A stretch of DNA of 64,000 bases from an uncultured Phycisphaerales bacterium (GTDB taxonomy: Bacteria; Planctomycetota; Phycisphaerae; Tepidisphaerales; Tepidisphaeraceae): NCBI GenBank assembly GCA_963758525.1, contig CAVWVQ010000004.1, positions 96,001 through 160,000 on the forward strand, read 5' to 3'. The position numbers were made by a program, and so were the translations under genes. A model generated the notes under the pieces. The model was not told where the DNA came from and ran no database searches. It worked only from the letters and a program-made list of their open reading frames with translations. Shown here in pieces: positions 30,289 to 40,087 of this stretch (its first letter is position 1; every line of letters begins with the position of its first letter).

Positions 30289-31113
30289 TCACCGTTGTTT
30301 GGTTGCAACTCCCGCGCCGCGCCAGGCGCGGCGCAGGAATCGCGAGATGCGCGAAACGACCGCCGAAGGGCGTTCCGAGAGCGGGTTGTGCCCCGCGTCC
30401 TTGATCAATTCAAATTGCGCGCCGGCAATGTCGCCCGCCATCTGCCGGGCGTACGCGCTGGGAATCAGCGCATCATGCTCGCCGGCAATGACCAGCGTCG
30501 GCGCGGTGATGCGCGAGACATCCGTCTCGCCGCCATCGTCAGCGAGACATTGAAGCTGCCGGGCGACCGCCTCGCGACTGCCGCCTTGGCATTCAGCCTT
30601 GGCGGCGATGCGACGGTCGACTTCCTGCGGATTGGCATCAAAGAAGAGCGGACCGGTGCCCAGCACTTCAATCGTTCGCACGTAGAATTCCCATGGCATC
30701 TTCCGCAGCGCCATCGCGAGCAGCGTCGAGACACCCCGCAGGTATGGCGTGCTCCTGTGAGCGGAGGAAATCAGCACCAGCCGATCGACTCGCGAAGGAT
30801 GTTCGACGGCAAATCGTTGAGCGACGATTCCGCCCAGCGACATGCCGATGACATGAGCGCGGTCCAATTGGAGAAAATCGAGCAACTCCACCAGATCGGA
30901 AGTAAAGCAGCTGAGGGAAACGGCCGGGCGTTTGGCAACGGATTGCCCGATGCCCCGATTATCCGAGAAAACAAGAGAGAAATCGCCGGACAGCAACGCC
31001 GCGGGACGCCAGATATCGCACGTCGCACCCAGGCCGGGGATGAACAGAATTGGCTCGCCACGACCATGAACTTCGTAGTAGCAGCGCACATCCGTGAGAT
31101 CTGCCCATGCCAT
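30289..31113 (-). CDS. alpha/beta hydrolase
   Basis: DNRGIG, nucleophile GMSLG, GEHD, AGH. Confidence 0.9.
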   Translation of the reverse strand: MAWADLTDVRCYYEVHGRGEPILFIPGLGATCDIWRPAALLSGDFSLVFSDNRGIGQSVAKRPAVSLSCFTSDLVELLDFLQLDRAHVIGMSLGGIVAQRFAVEHPSRVDRLVLISSAHRSTPYLRGVSTLLAMALRKMPWEFYVRTIEVLGTGPLFFDANPQEVDRRIAAKAECQGGSREAVARQLQCLADDGGETDVSRITAPTLVIAGEHDALIPSAYARQMAGDIAGAQFELIKDAGHNPLSERPSAVVSRISRFLRRAWRGAGVATKQR

Positions 31114-31268
31114 GGTGAATTATAGACTCTTGCCATACGCGATTCATGGCGCATCAGGAATTTCACGCGCAGGCGTGCCGCGGATCCTTCTCCAAACTGC
31201 CTTGCCCTGCCAGACCGATCGCGACATCGCGACGGCTAGCGAAGGTTCTCTTTCTCCTGCGTCGCTCA

Positions 31269-31291
31269 CACGGGCGGGACGCCCGTGCCAC
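31269..31291. repeat. family C repeat, single copy
   Basis: CACGGGCGGGACGCCCGTGCCAC, identical to 33763-33785. Confidence 0.85.
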
Positions 31292-31296
31292 GACCA

Positions 31297-32055
31297 TCAT
31301 TGGGAGGGTCGAGAGGACAGATCATCAAAGCGAATCGGCTTGCCGGAAAAGGGGACGCCCCAGATCGATGCTTTGCCGGCGGCGGGTGCTTCGGTGTCGT
31401 CGAAACTGAGAAGCCAATCGGCCGGCTCGGGAGTTTGATCGGGCCAGGCTTTTCCCTCGACGCGCCACAGCTTGGGATTGACCTGCCGAACGCGCATGCG
31501 AAGACGCAGCCAGCGGCCGGGCTTCCAGGCGAATGGTTTGCTTGCCCTCGCATCGTCGGCTTTGCGCAGCTCGATCGTGCCGTTGGCGGGCCAGACCCAG
31601 AGTTTGCAGCCGCCGGTGTCGTTCGCGCCGATGCCGAACTCGGGGAAGCGTCGGCCTGCGGCGTCGGCCCAGATGCGGGCGGAGACGTCGAGCGTGGCGA
31701 CGTCGCCGGGACCGAACAGCACGCCGAAGGTGTCGAGCGGGTCGCCGGGGAGTTCGAGGAAGCTGTTGCCGGCCTCTTCGCGGACGGAGAAGTCGCCGTT
31801 GAGAATCTGCAGATCGTCGGCAGGCTTGCCTTTGGCGGCATGCTCGAAATCGTTGACGTAGATGGAATTGCTCATCGTTGCAGCGGAATCGGCCATCAGC
31901 ACATTCGCCAGACTGATGACGAACAAAGCTGAAAGCAGAAGAAAAGCCGGAAAATAAAGAGCCGCGAAGGCGCAAAGGCGCCAAGGCAGCCGCGAAGCGG
32001 GGGGATCAAGAGAAATCGCGGATTGAGGATTGGAAATATTACAAGAGAGTCTCAC
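31297..32055 (-). CDS. exported hypothetical protein, predicted beta-sandwich (concanavalin/DUF1080-like); start uncertain
   Basis: GTGA overlap with upstream gene; hydrophobic signal; WLRLRMRV..GKAWP..EP..W..IRFDDL pattern. Confidence 0.7.
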   Translation of the reverse strand: MRLSCNISNPQSAISLDPPASRLPWRLCAFAALYFPAFLLLSALFVISLANVLMADSAATMSNSIYVNDFEHAAKGKPADDLQILNGDFSVREEAGNSFLELPGDPLDTFGVLFGPGDVATLDVSARIWADAAGRRFPEFGIGANDTGGCKLWVWPANGTIELRKADDARASKPFAWKPGRWLRLRMRVRQVNPKLWRVEGKAWPDQTPEPADWLLSFDDTEAPAAGKASIWGVPFSGKPIRFDDLSSRPSQ

Positions 32056-33844
32056 TTGGCATCCTTTGCTGTTAGCGCGTAGAGATGAGTGAGCGTTCCG
32101 ACGTAGAGCGTCTGGTTGGCCGCCACCGGCGTGGAGTCGATCGCATCCTTGAAATCGAGCGAGGCGAGAATCTTTTTTTCCCTGCCGGCCGCAAGGATCG
32201 TGAGCAGTCCGTTTTCATTGCCGGCGTAGACTTTGCCGTCGGCGACGAGCGCACTGCCCCAGACGTGTGCTTCGGTGTCCTGAGCCCAGATTTCGTTTCC
32301 GGTCTGCACATCGAGGCAGTGAATCACTCCCGCGAAATCGGGGAGATAGAGAAGTCCGTCGAGAATTGAGGCGCTGGAGAGGGTTCGGCCGATCTTCTCG
32401 TTGCGCCAGAGGATTCCTGTCGTGGAGATGTCGCCTGCCTTGGCCGCGTCGATGCAGTTCAAACAGCCGGCGCCATCGCCCTGCTCGGGCTCCTGCCCCA
32501 CGGCGGCATAGACGCGCCCGTCGAGAATCACCGGCGTCGCGATCACCTCGCACGGACCGTTTGGCTGTCCATACGGAATCGGCTTGCCGTCCTTGGTTTC
32601 ATGGTCCGGCGGATTGCAATTGCACCGCCACAACTCGGTGAGCGTGGCGACGCCGTCGTCTCCGATCGGGCCGGGCGCGGCATCAAACCCGTAGCAGAAT
32701 CCATCGCCGCCGCCGAAGACGACGATCGGCCTTCCGTTCACCATGCCGCTGGCGGGTGACGACCAGTTGCAATAAAACGTTCGCGCGCTGATGCCGGAAC
32801 GCTCTTGAGCGAGAAGCTTGCCGGTATTCTTATCGAGGCAGATCAGCGCCGGCGCGCGGGCGCGGGAAGATGCTTTCCGTTCCAGTCGACGCCGTTGGAT
32901 GTTGTGACGAAGAGCCTGTCGCCGACGATCAGGACGGAGCTGCTGGTCATGTTGTGGGGGAAAACGCCCAGCTCATCGCGCATGTCGAATCGCCAGACGA
33001 TGTCCGCGTCGGATGGTCCCTGGGGGATCGGCGGTTTGCCGGGGCCGGCGGTGTAGTGGGCTTCATCCAGAAACGGACCTTGATTGCTTCCCGTGAATCC
33101 CGCGGTCGTCAGGCAGATCACCTCGCAACGGTTGGTGACGGCATAGATGCGATTGCCTTCCACGGTTGGCGAGGAACAGAATCCGACTTCGTCCCAGTCG
33201 CTGACTTTTCCCGCGCGGAGTTTCGGGACGGCAAGCTGCCAGTCAAGCTGCCCGGTCTTCTCGTCGAGGCAAAGAAGGATGCCGTAATCACCGGCGTATT
33301 TTGAGACGCGGGGACTGGAATTGTTCGTGCCGAGAAAGAGACGACCGTCGGCGACGGTGACATTGCCATAGGATTGCGAGCCGAGTTGCGCTGTCCAGAG
33401 CACGTTGCGGCCGGAAGCGGGATCGGCATCGCTGACCAAGCCGGTTTCGTGAGGTGCGACCATGTTGCGAGAGGCATCGTGGCCGTATTGCGGCCAATCG
33501 TCGGCGAGGGCTTGCGTCGTCAATATCAAAATGAGCAGGGAGCACGCCAAGCGGTGCCAATTGGCGGATCTGCCATCGCCCGCTAGTCGGACGAACCCCC
33601 ACCCCAACCCTCCCCCGGAGTACCAGGGGAGGGGGCAGGCGGGGATCTTGCCGTCAATGAAATTGACCCCGCCGCGTGGCACGGGCATCCTGCCCGTGCG
33701 GGTTGCAGGGGACAGAGAAGAAACTCTGTTAGCAGCGGTCTTTGTCTGTTCCGCGACGCCAACACGGGCGGGACGCCCGTGCCACGGGGAAGCGTGCGGA
33801 TCGCCGAAGATTCTGGCACCGCCCGCGCGGAAATTGAGGTTCAT
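32052..33844 (-). CDS. PQQ-like/BamB beta-propeller protein, frameshift near 32857; start 33844 or about 33550
   Basis: DWPQYG, repeated CLDxxTG..W and SSP motifs; ORF 32843 continues as APALICLDKNTGK into ORF 32052 after one added base. Confidence 0.85.
33596..33637. repeat. family A repeat
   Basis: CCCCCACCCCAACCCTCCCCCGGAGTACCAGGGGAGGGGGCA. Confidence 0.88.
33676..33785. repeat. family C inverted pair
   Basis: GTGGCACGGGCATCCTGCCCGTG ... CACGGGCGGGACGCCCGTGCCAC. Confidence 0.88.
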
Positions 33845-33872
33845 AGATCCGCTCCCAGCATCGATGGCATCA

Positions 33873-34727
33873 TCATTCGGGCTTCCTTGAGGGCGACTGA
33901 AACCGCTTGACCAGCGTGACCTGATTGCCCGCGTCGTTGTAGGAGAACTCATCCACCAGCCCGCGCGCGGTCAGGATTCCGAAACCGCCGTCGCGAAGGC
34001 CGAGCTTTTCGCGGATGGGGAGATGGCTCAGCGGATCATCGGGCTTGGCAGCGTGCGGCAGGTGGTCCGGATTAAAGCCGCCGCCTTCGTCTGTGATCAC
34101 AAATTTCACCGAGTCTTCGCGCACCTCGTAATGAATCGTGACCGTCAGATCCCCTTGCCGGCGATTGCCCCACTCGGCGGCATTTTCAATCATCTCCAAC
34201 ACCGCGTATCGAATCCGCCAGATCTGCTCTTCTGACATCGGCGTCAGCAGCAGCAGTTCACTGAGCATGTCATTGAGTTGCTCGCGATGGCGGCTGTCGC
34301 TCTGCATCTGCAACTCGACGGACGTGTGCGTCGCACGCCCCTCGCGACTTCTGCGGTGATCCAGCGCGTGCCGCAGCGCGTTGAGCAATACGTCGGGGGA
34401 GAAAGGCTTGGTGAGATAACCATCTGCCCCGACGCGCAATCCGACGGCGCGCGACTTCTCCGTGGCGGTGGCGGTGAGCATCAGCACGGGAATGGCATTG
34501 GTCTTCCGGCTGATCTTGACGCGTTGGCAAACCTGAAATCCACTCAGCCCGGGCAGCATCAAATCGAGGATGACGGCATCGGGCGGCTGATCGGCGACGC
34601 GCTTCACCGCGTCGAGGCCGTCATGAACGCACTCGGCAGAATAACCCTCAAGCTCCAACAACCGGCAGATCAGCGAGGAGAGATCCTTGTCATCCTCCAC
34701 CACCAATATCCGCTCCAGTCGTCCCAT
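33873..34727 (-). CDS. response regulator fused to RsbW-like HATPase_c (anti-sigma kinase-type) domain
   Basis: REC motifs VVEDD, ILDLMLP, LTA, KPF; EMIENAAEWGN, DEGGGF, GGFGI boxes. Confidence 0.88.
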   Translation of the reverse strand: MGRLERILVVEDDKDLSSLICRLLELEGYSAECVHDGLDAVKRVADQPPDAVILDLMLPGLSGFQVCQRVKISRKTNAIPVLMLTATATEKSRAVGLRVGADGYLTKPFSPDVLLNALRHALDHRRSREGRATHTSVELQMQSDSRHREQLNDMLSELLLLTPMSEEQIWRIRYAVLEMIENAAEWGNRRQGDLTVTIHYEVREDSVKFVITDEGGGFNPDHLPHAAKPDDPLSHLPIREKLGLRDGGFGILTARGLVDEFSYNDAGNQVTLVKRFQSPSRKPE

Positions 34728-35089
34728 CGCCGAGATTGTAGGACCAGACGGGAAAAACCGCATCCCTCTGCGGGTCTTGGTGACTCCGGACGTTTCCGCG
34801 CGTCTCAGTTCCGAACGCCGCGGGTCTGGTGAAGTAAATCCCCCAAATTGTCACTGCCGCCGGTTATGGATTGATTCGCCGGTACAGACGGCACAGGCCG
34901 CGCCCCCATCAGCCGGCCGCGGGGGGGCGGGTCGTAAACCACATTTCTTTTCTCGCAAGCGGCTGTGGTGAATTGGATGTTCAGTCGCGTGGACGGGGTT
35001 GTTTGTTGGCGTTGCCAACGCCCGTCTACCTCCCCTAGCCAGGAGGCGTCGCGCGGCGTCCGGTTGGACGCGGCCCGGCGATTCGAATT

Positions 35090-35587
35090 ATGATGTCGCT
35101 CAAGTTATCCAAGTTGTCGAACTTTTCCGTGCCAACAATGCTGAACATGGGTTTGCGCCGCAAACGAGTTACGCTTCGACCCCTCAATGAGCCGATCGTG
35201 CTGCCGGCAGCACAGATGGTCCGGCTCATCAAGCGCGAGTGCGCCCGCATCGATCGCAACGGCCTTTCCTGTGCCTTGGCGGTCTTCACCATCCCCGGCG
35301 GGCAAACCGTTGCCGCCAACGCCCAGAGCGTGGTCGCCGCGTTGCGCGAGCGGGCTCGGCTGACCGACGTTGTCGGCTGGCTCGACGAGAAAACGCTTTG
35401 CGCATTCCTGACCGACGCCACGCTCGATGGCGCTGCCGCCTTTGCGACGGGCGTTCGCACGGCGATGGCCGATCGTCTGCCCACCATGAGTGCCACCGTC
35501 CATAACTACGACGGCAAGTGGGCCGCCGTCGGCGCTGAAGCGGGCGTTCCCGCCGAACCGGTGCCCGCGCTGGCAATGTCAGCGTAG
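35090..35587 (+). CDS. stand-alone degenerate GGDEF-like protein; start uncertain
   Basis: RECARIDR..ALAVF..R.TDVVGWLDEKT..FLTDAT..GA pattern follows the GGDEF fold without the GGDEF motif. Confidence 0.6.
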   Translation: MMSLKLSKLSNFSVPTMLNMGLRRKRVTLRPLNEPIVLPAAQMVRLIKRECARIDRNGLSCALAVFTIPGGQTVAANAQSVVAALRERARLTDVVGWLDEKTLCAFLTDATLDGAAAFATGVRTAMADRLPTMSATVHNYDGKWAAVGAEAGVPAEPVPALAMSA

Positions 35588-35622
35588 ATCAAAGCGGTTG
35601 TTTCAAACACCCAGATTATCTT

Positions 35623-35707
35623 TCCCCGGTTAGCCGCGACGCGCGGCGGAGCGTTCCTCAGATCCCCCGGACAAAACGCTCCGCTGCGCGTCGCGGCTAA
35701 CCGGGGA
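35623..35707. repeat. family D inverted pair
   Basis: 33-bp arms TCCCCGGTTAGCCGCGACGCGCGGCGGAGCGTT / AACGCTCCGCTGCGCGTCGCGGCTAACCGGGGA, one mismatch. Confidence 0.9.
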
Positions 35708-35853
35708 TACCCAACGAACTCATCGATCCTGCGCCCGAAGTGGAGCCGAGAAATCGCGAGGCAGATCGTGCGCAAAAATCTTGACGTCTTCCGCAACCAA
35801 GTGCTCGCGCTGAACAACCTGATTCGTTTGGAGACGACGAGTGATCCAATTTT

Positions 35854-35907
35854 GTAGCACGGCCGTCTCGGCTGTGGCCCGAGTCACAGCTGGGACGGCT
35901 GTGCTAC
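35854..35907. repeat. family C (GTAG subtype) inverted pair
   Basis: GTAGCACGGCCGTCTCGGCTGTG ... CACAGCTGGGACGGCTGTGCTAC. Confidence 0.88.
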
Positions 35908-35953
35908 GGAGGATCGCGCCCCTTGCCTGAGTTGGCATCGCGTTGCGATCGCA

Positions 35954-36391
35954 TCACGGCGCGGTCGCGGATCGAGGAAGCGGCACAATATCGCCCACAT
36001 GCACCGCCGCGCTGTCGGCTGCGCCGAGGTTCAGCTCGATGGCGTATTGGGCCGGGTAATCGCTGGGAACCGTTGTGCGGTCGTACGGCTTCATCTGATG
36101 GATCGAGACAACCCTGTCGGCATGATCCAGAAACAGGATGTCGAGCGGAAAGCGGGTGTTCTTCATCCAGAAACCGACTTCTCTTTCCTCGCTGAAAACG
36201 AAAAGCATCCCATGGTCGGGCGGCATCCCGTCGCGCTCCATCAGCCCCTTGTCCAACTGCGGCTCGGTTCGGGCGACCTCGAGATGGAACGTCTTTTGTC
36301 CGATTTTGACGTCTACGGTGCTCAACGGGCCGGCCGAACTGCATCCTCCCGCGAAAAAGAGGAATAGAGCGGTCGCTGCGGATGTGATCAA
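35954..36391 (-). CDS. DUF192 family lipoprotein
   Basis: lipobox AGGC; GLMER, GMLFVF, FWMKNT..PLDILF, AIELN; TTGA overlap with upstream gene. Confidence 0.9.
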   Translation of the reverse strand: MITSAATALFLFFAGGCSSAGPLSTVDVKIGQKTFHLEVARTEPQLDKGLMERDGMPPDHGMLFVFSEEREVGFWMKNTRFPLDILFLDHADRVVSIHQMKPYDRTTVPSDYPAQYAIELNLGAADSAAVHVGDIVPLPRSATAP

Positions 36392-36762
36392 TCGCGACGA
36401 TCCGGGATTTTTGCCTGGAGCTGTGCGCGAAGACGGATGGTCAGCCTGAGGTCGATGATGGCAAGCACGAGAAGCAGCAGCAGCAAAAGACATACGAAGA
36501 TCCAGATGGCCTCGAATACGCTTGGATGTTCCTCGACATCAACCGCGTTGAACCCGGCGAAAAAGCAGACGCCCAAGCCCATCATCGCGCAACCGCCAAG
36601 CCGTCGCAAGCGCGACCGGCGGCGGTTCAGCGCGTCGCGTTCCATTCCGGCAAGTCGAACCGTCGCCTGGGAGTAAAAGGTGTAGAACCAGCCCGCCGCG
36701 GCGATTCCGACGGCAATAGCGCCCGTGCAAATGCGAACAGCGTTCGTCGCGGATAGCGGCAT
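36388..36762 (-). CDS. small membrane protein (3 TM), hypothetical
   Basis: 124 aa, three hydrophobic helices, RRRxRR loop; operonic between maf and DUF192. Confidence 0.75.
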   Translation of the reverse strand: MPLSATNAVRICTGAIAVGIAAAGWFYTFYSQATVRLAGMERDALNRRRSRLRRLGGCAMMGLGVCFFAGFNAVDVEEHPSVFEAIWIFVCLLLLLLLVLAIIDLRLTIRLRAQLQAKIPDRRD

Positions 36763-36775
36763 AGAACAGCGCCTC

Positions 36776-37384
36776 TCATGCTCGTGGCAGCAGCCGCGGC
36801 AGAATCCCCGCGCGGCTCAACAGCTCGCGCGTCTCGTCCATCGGCAATCCGACAATGTTAGTCAGCGATCCGGTCATGCGCGTGACAAACGGATCGGGGT
36901 CCTGGATGCCGTACCCGCCCGCCTTCCCGCGCCAGCCGGCGGAAGCAACATAGTCGTCGATCTCACGCTCGGAAAGCAAACGCATCTGTACGCTGGAAAC
37001 CACGACCTGGGTTTGCAGAAACGTTCGGTCGCTGTGGGCCACTGCAATCGCGGTGATCACCTGATGTGTTGTTCCGCCAAGCAAGCGAAGCATCCGGCGC
37101 GCCGATTCGGCGTCAGCGGGCTTTCCTAAGATTGTCGAACCGAGAGCGACGATGGTATCCGCCGCCAATACCACGTCATGCGGATGGCGGATCGACACAG
37201 CCTGCGCCTTTCGGCGCGCCAGGTGTTCGGCCAACTCACCGGGAGACAGCCCCGGCGGATGATCGCTTTCGTCGATGTCGGCCGGATCGATTTGAAAAAG
37301 GTACCCGCTCTCGCGCAGCAGTTGATCGCGACGAGGGGAGGCGCTGGCGAGAATGAGACGAGACGGCGGAGTCGCCGAACTCAC
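36776..37384 (-). CDS. maf: Maf family nucleotide pyrophosphatase
   Basis: LILASASPRR, ADT, GKP, GKAGGYGIQ, NIVGLP. Confidence 0.93.
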   Translation of the reverse strand: MSSATPPSRLILASASPRRDQLLRESGYLFQIDPADIDESDHPPGLSPGELAEHLARRKAQAVSIRHPHDVVLAADTIVALGSTILGKPADAESARRMLRLLGGTTHQVITAIAVAHSDRTFLQTQVVVSSVQMRLLSEREIDDYVASAGWRGKAGGYGIQDPDPFVTRMTGSLTNIVGLPMDETRELLSRAGILPRLLPRA

Positions 37385-37973
37385 TTGTTGAGCTCAGGCT
37401 GCTTGGGAGTTCCGCTATCGGCAGCGGGCGGAGCGGGCGGCGGCGGCGCTGTCACCGCGGGCGCCTCGGCCGGAGGAGCGGGGGTTGGAGCGGCGGGCGC
37501 GGGTGCGGGGGCCGGCGCGGCATCCGACGCGGGGGCCGGGGCGCTGGCGGTTGACTGCGGCGCGGATGGCGCGGTGTTAAAGATATGCACGGCAAAGTCG
37601 CCGATCTGCGGAGCGCGATGACCGGCAGGCGGCGCGTCGTATCGCACATGGAGCCTGCCGTTCTGGATCGCGATGACCGAGCCGAGCGTCAGATCGCTGA
37701 GAGTGTCGTCGAGGAAGGTGATCGGGTCGCCGACGCGGAAGTGTTCCGCCTGGATGTCCGCCACTGCCGCGAGATTGGATTCGGGCAGGACTGCGACGAC
37801 GGAACCGATCTCGGTGTTGGGATTGGCGCGTTTGAACTGCTCGCGCGCCGCGTCCAGGGATACCGAGGCGACGGCCTGCGTTGCCGGAGCGGGCGCCGTC
37901 GCGGGCGGGCGCTTTGCGCGCATCCGGTGATCAAGCCCGAGACGATTACGATTCCTATCCAGCCTCTTTGCAT
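37381..37973 (-). CDS. Pro/Ala-rich lipoprotein, frameshift near 37915
   Basis: [18 protein letters not shown] lipoprotein signal joins [10 protein letters not shown].. if one A is added to an AAA run. Confidence 0.72.
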
Positions 37974-38197
37974 GTGCACTCCACAAAAAAACGCCAGTCC
38001 GGCTCGCATCGGCCCGGTCACTAACCCGTAGTAAACCAAGAAGATGCCATCCGCTGCAAGTGTCAAGTGAGTATGAGACAGCGAATTCTCCGCCCTGTCC
38101 GATAATACGCTGGAAATCCGATGCTGGCTGTCCCCGTCAAAACCGGTACAGTTACCTGCGTGATGACTGGTCTGCTTATGACTCTTGGGAAGTGGCT

Positions 38198-40018
38198 ATG
38201 ACACATCTCAGTGCGTCGGGGAGTGCACGAGGTCTTGGGGAGGCTGCGGAGCGCTCAGGCCCGCCGGCGGGCAACGATCACGTTCGACGTTGGGTCGCGT
38301 CCTGTGCCAATTTATGTCAGCCCGACGAGGTCGTCTGGTGTGACGGGTCACTGGAAGAGCGGTCGGTGCTGCTCGAACAAGCCGTTCGCGAAGGGGTGAT
38401 GCTTCGCCTCAATCCGGAGAAGCTTCCGGACTGCTACCTTCACCGCAGCAATCCCAACGACGTCGCACGGTCCGAGCAACTCACATTCATCTGCACTTCC
38501 AGCGAAGATCTGGCCGGCCCCACGAATAACTGGATGGAAACCCGCCAGGCCTACGCGAAGATGCGCGGCTTCTTCACCGGATGCATGAGCGGGCGGACGA
38601 TGTATGTCGTGCCGTTCGTGATGGGTCCGATCGGATCACCGCTGGCGAAGGTGGGCGTCGAGCTCACCGATTCGATCTATGTCGCCATCAGCATGCGGGC
38701 CATGACGCGCATGGGCGCGATCGCCTGGGAGCAGCTTGGCGAAAGCGATGAATTCACCCGCTGCCTCCACTCGCTGGGCGATGTGAATCCGCAGCGACGC
38801 TATATCTGCCATTTCCCGGCGGACAACACCATCTGGAGCTTCGGCTCGGGGTACGGCGGGAACGCCCTGCTTGGGAAAAAATGCCTGGCGCTGCGGATTG
38901 CCAGCTATCTCGGCCAGCAGCAGGGCTGGATGGCCGAGCACATGCTCCTGCTGGGCGCGACAGACCCGAACGGTGAAAAGACCTACGTTGCCGCCGCGTT
39001 TCCCAGCGCGTCGGGCAAGACCAACTTCTCGATGATGATCCCGCCGCAGCGATTTCAAAAAGCGGGCTGGAAGATCACGACCGTCGGCGACGACATTGTC
39101 TGGATGTGGGTCGATCCGCAAAGCGGCAGGCTGCGGGCGATCAACCCTGAAGCCGGCTACTTTGGCGTTGTCCCCGGCACCAACGAGCAGACTAATCCGA
39201 ACGCCATGCGCTGCATGGCCCGCGACACCATCTACACCAACGTTGCGCTGCTTCCCGATGGCGACGTCTGGTGGGAAGGAAAAACTCCGCAGCCCCCCGC
39301 CGAATGCGTCGACTGGACCGGCAAACCCTGGACACCCGGCTGCGGACGACCGGCAGCGCATCCGAACAGCCGTTTCACAGCCCCGATGAAAAATAATCCC
39401 GCGCTCGATCCCGCCGCCGAAGATCCCGCCGGCGTGCTCGTCTCCGCGATCGTCTTCGGCGGCCGTCGCTCGCGAACCATCCCCCTGGTGTTCCAGGCGT
39501 TCAACTGGATGCACGGCGTCTACATCGGCGCAACGCTCAGTTCCGAAACCACCGCCGCCGCGTCGGGCGAAGTGGGCATCGTGCGCCGCGACCCGATGGC
39601 GATGCTTCCGTTCATTGGCTACAACATTCGCGACTACCTCGTCCACTGGTTCCAGATGCGCAAGCGGATGAAAGACTGCCCGCGCATCTTCCACGTGAAC
39701 TGGTTTCGCAAGGACGATGCCGGCCGATTCATCTGGCCCGGCTTCGGGGAAAACATGCGCGTGCTGAAATGGATTCTCGACCGCTGCCGTGGTCGTGCCT
39801 ATGCAGTCGAAACGCCGCTCGGCTGGATGCCGCGCCCGGAGGATATCGATCTGGACGGAATTCCCATCACGATCGAGCAGCTCGAAGCGATCCAGACGAT
39901 CCGCCATGATGAAGTGAAGAAGGAACTTTTGAGCCAGGAAGAATTGTTCCTCAAGCTCGCGGGGGATCTGCCCAAAGAGATGATCTTTCAGCGCGAGTTG
40001 CTGATCAGCCGGCTGTAA
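38198..40018 (+). CDS. pckG: phosphoenolpyruvate carboxykinase (GTP)
   Basis: [53 protein letters not shown]. Confidence 0.96.
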   Translation: MTHLSASGSARGLGEAAERSGPPAGNDHVRRWVASCANLCQPDEVVWCDGSLEERSVLLEQAVREGVMLRLNPEKLPDCYLHRSNPNDVARSEQLTFICTSSEDLAGPTNNWMETRQAYAKMRGFFTGCMSGRTMYVVPFVMGPIGSPLAKVGVELTDSIYVAISMRAMTRMGAIAWEQLGESDEFTRCLHSLGDVNPQRRYICHFPADNTIWSFGSGYGGNALLGKKCLALRIASYLGQQQGWMAEHMLLLGATDPNGEKTYVAAAFPSASGKTNFSMMIPPQRFQKAGWKITTVGDDIVWMWVDPQSGRLRAINPEAGYFGVVPGTNEQTNPNAMRCMARDTIYTNVALLPDGDVWWEGKTPQPPAECVDWTGKPWTPGCGRPAAHPNSRFTAPMKNNPALDPAAEDPAGVLVSAIVFGGRRSRTIPLVFQAFNWMHGVYIGATLSSETTAAASGEVGIVRRDPMAMLPFIGYNIRDYLVHWFQMRKRMKDCPRIFHVNWFRKDDAGRFIWPGFGENMRVLKWILDRCRGRAYAVETPLGWMPRPEDIDLDGIPITIEQLEAIQTIRHDEVKKELLSQEELFLKLAGDLPKEMIFQRELLISRL

Positions 40019-40087
40019 CTGAATCCTTCCCCGTTCCCCTGCCAACCGCTATATCTTCACGCCGGCAGCTCACCGTGAGCGACCGCG

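Noticed and set aside
37400..37570. Pro/Ala-rich GC tracts (also 4620-4710) as DNA repeats
   Set aside because: Low-complexity protein linkers
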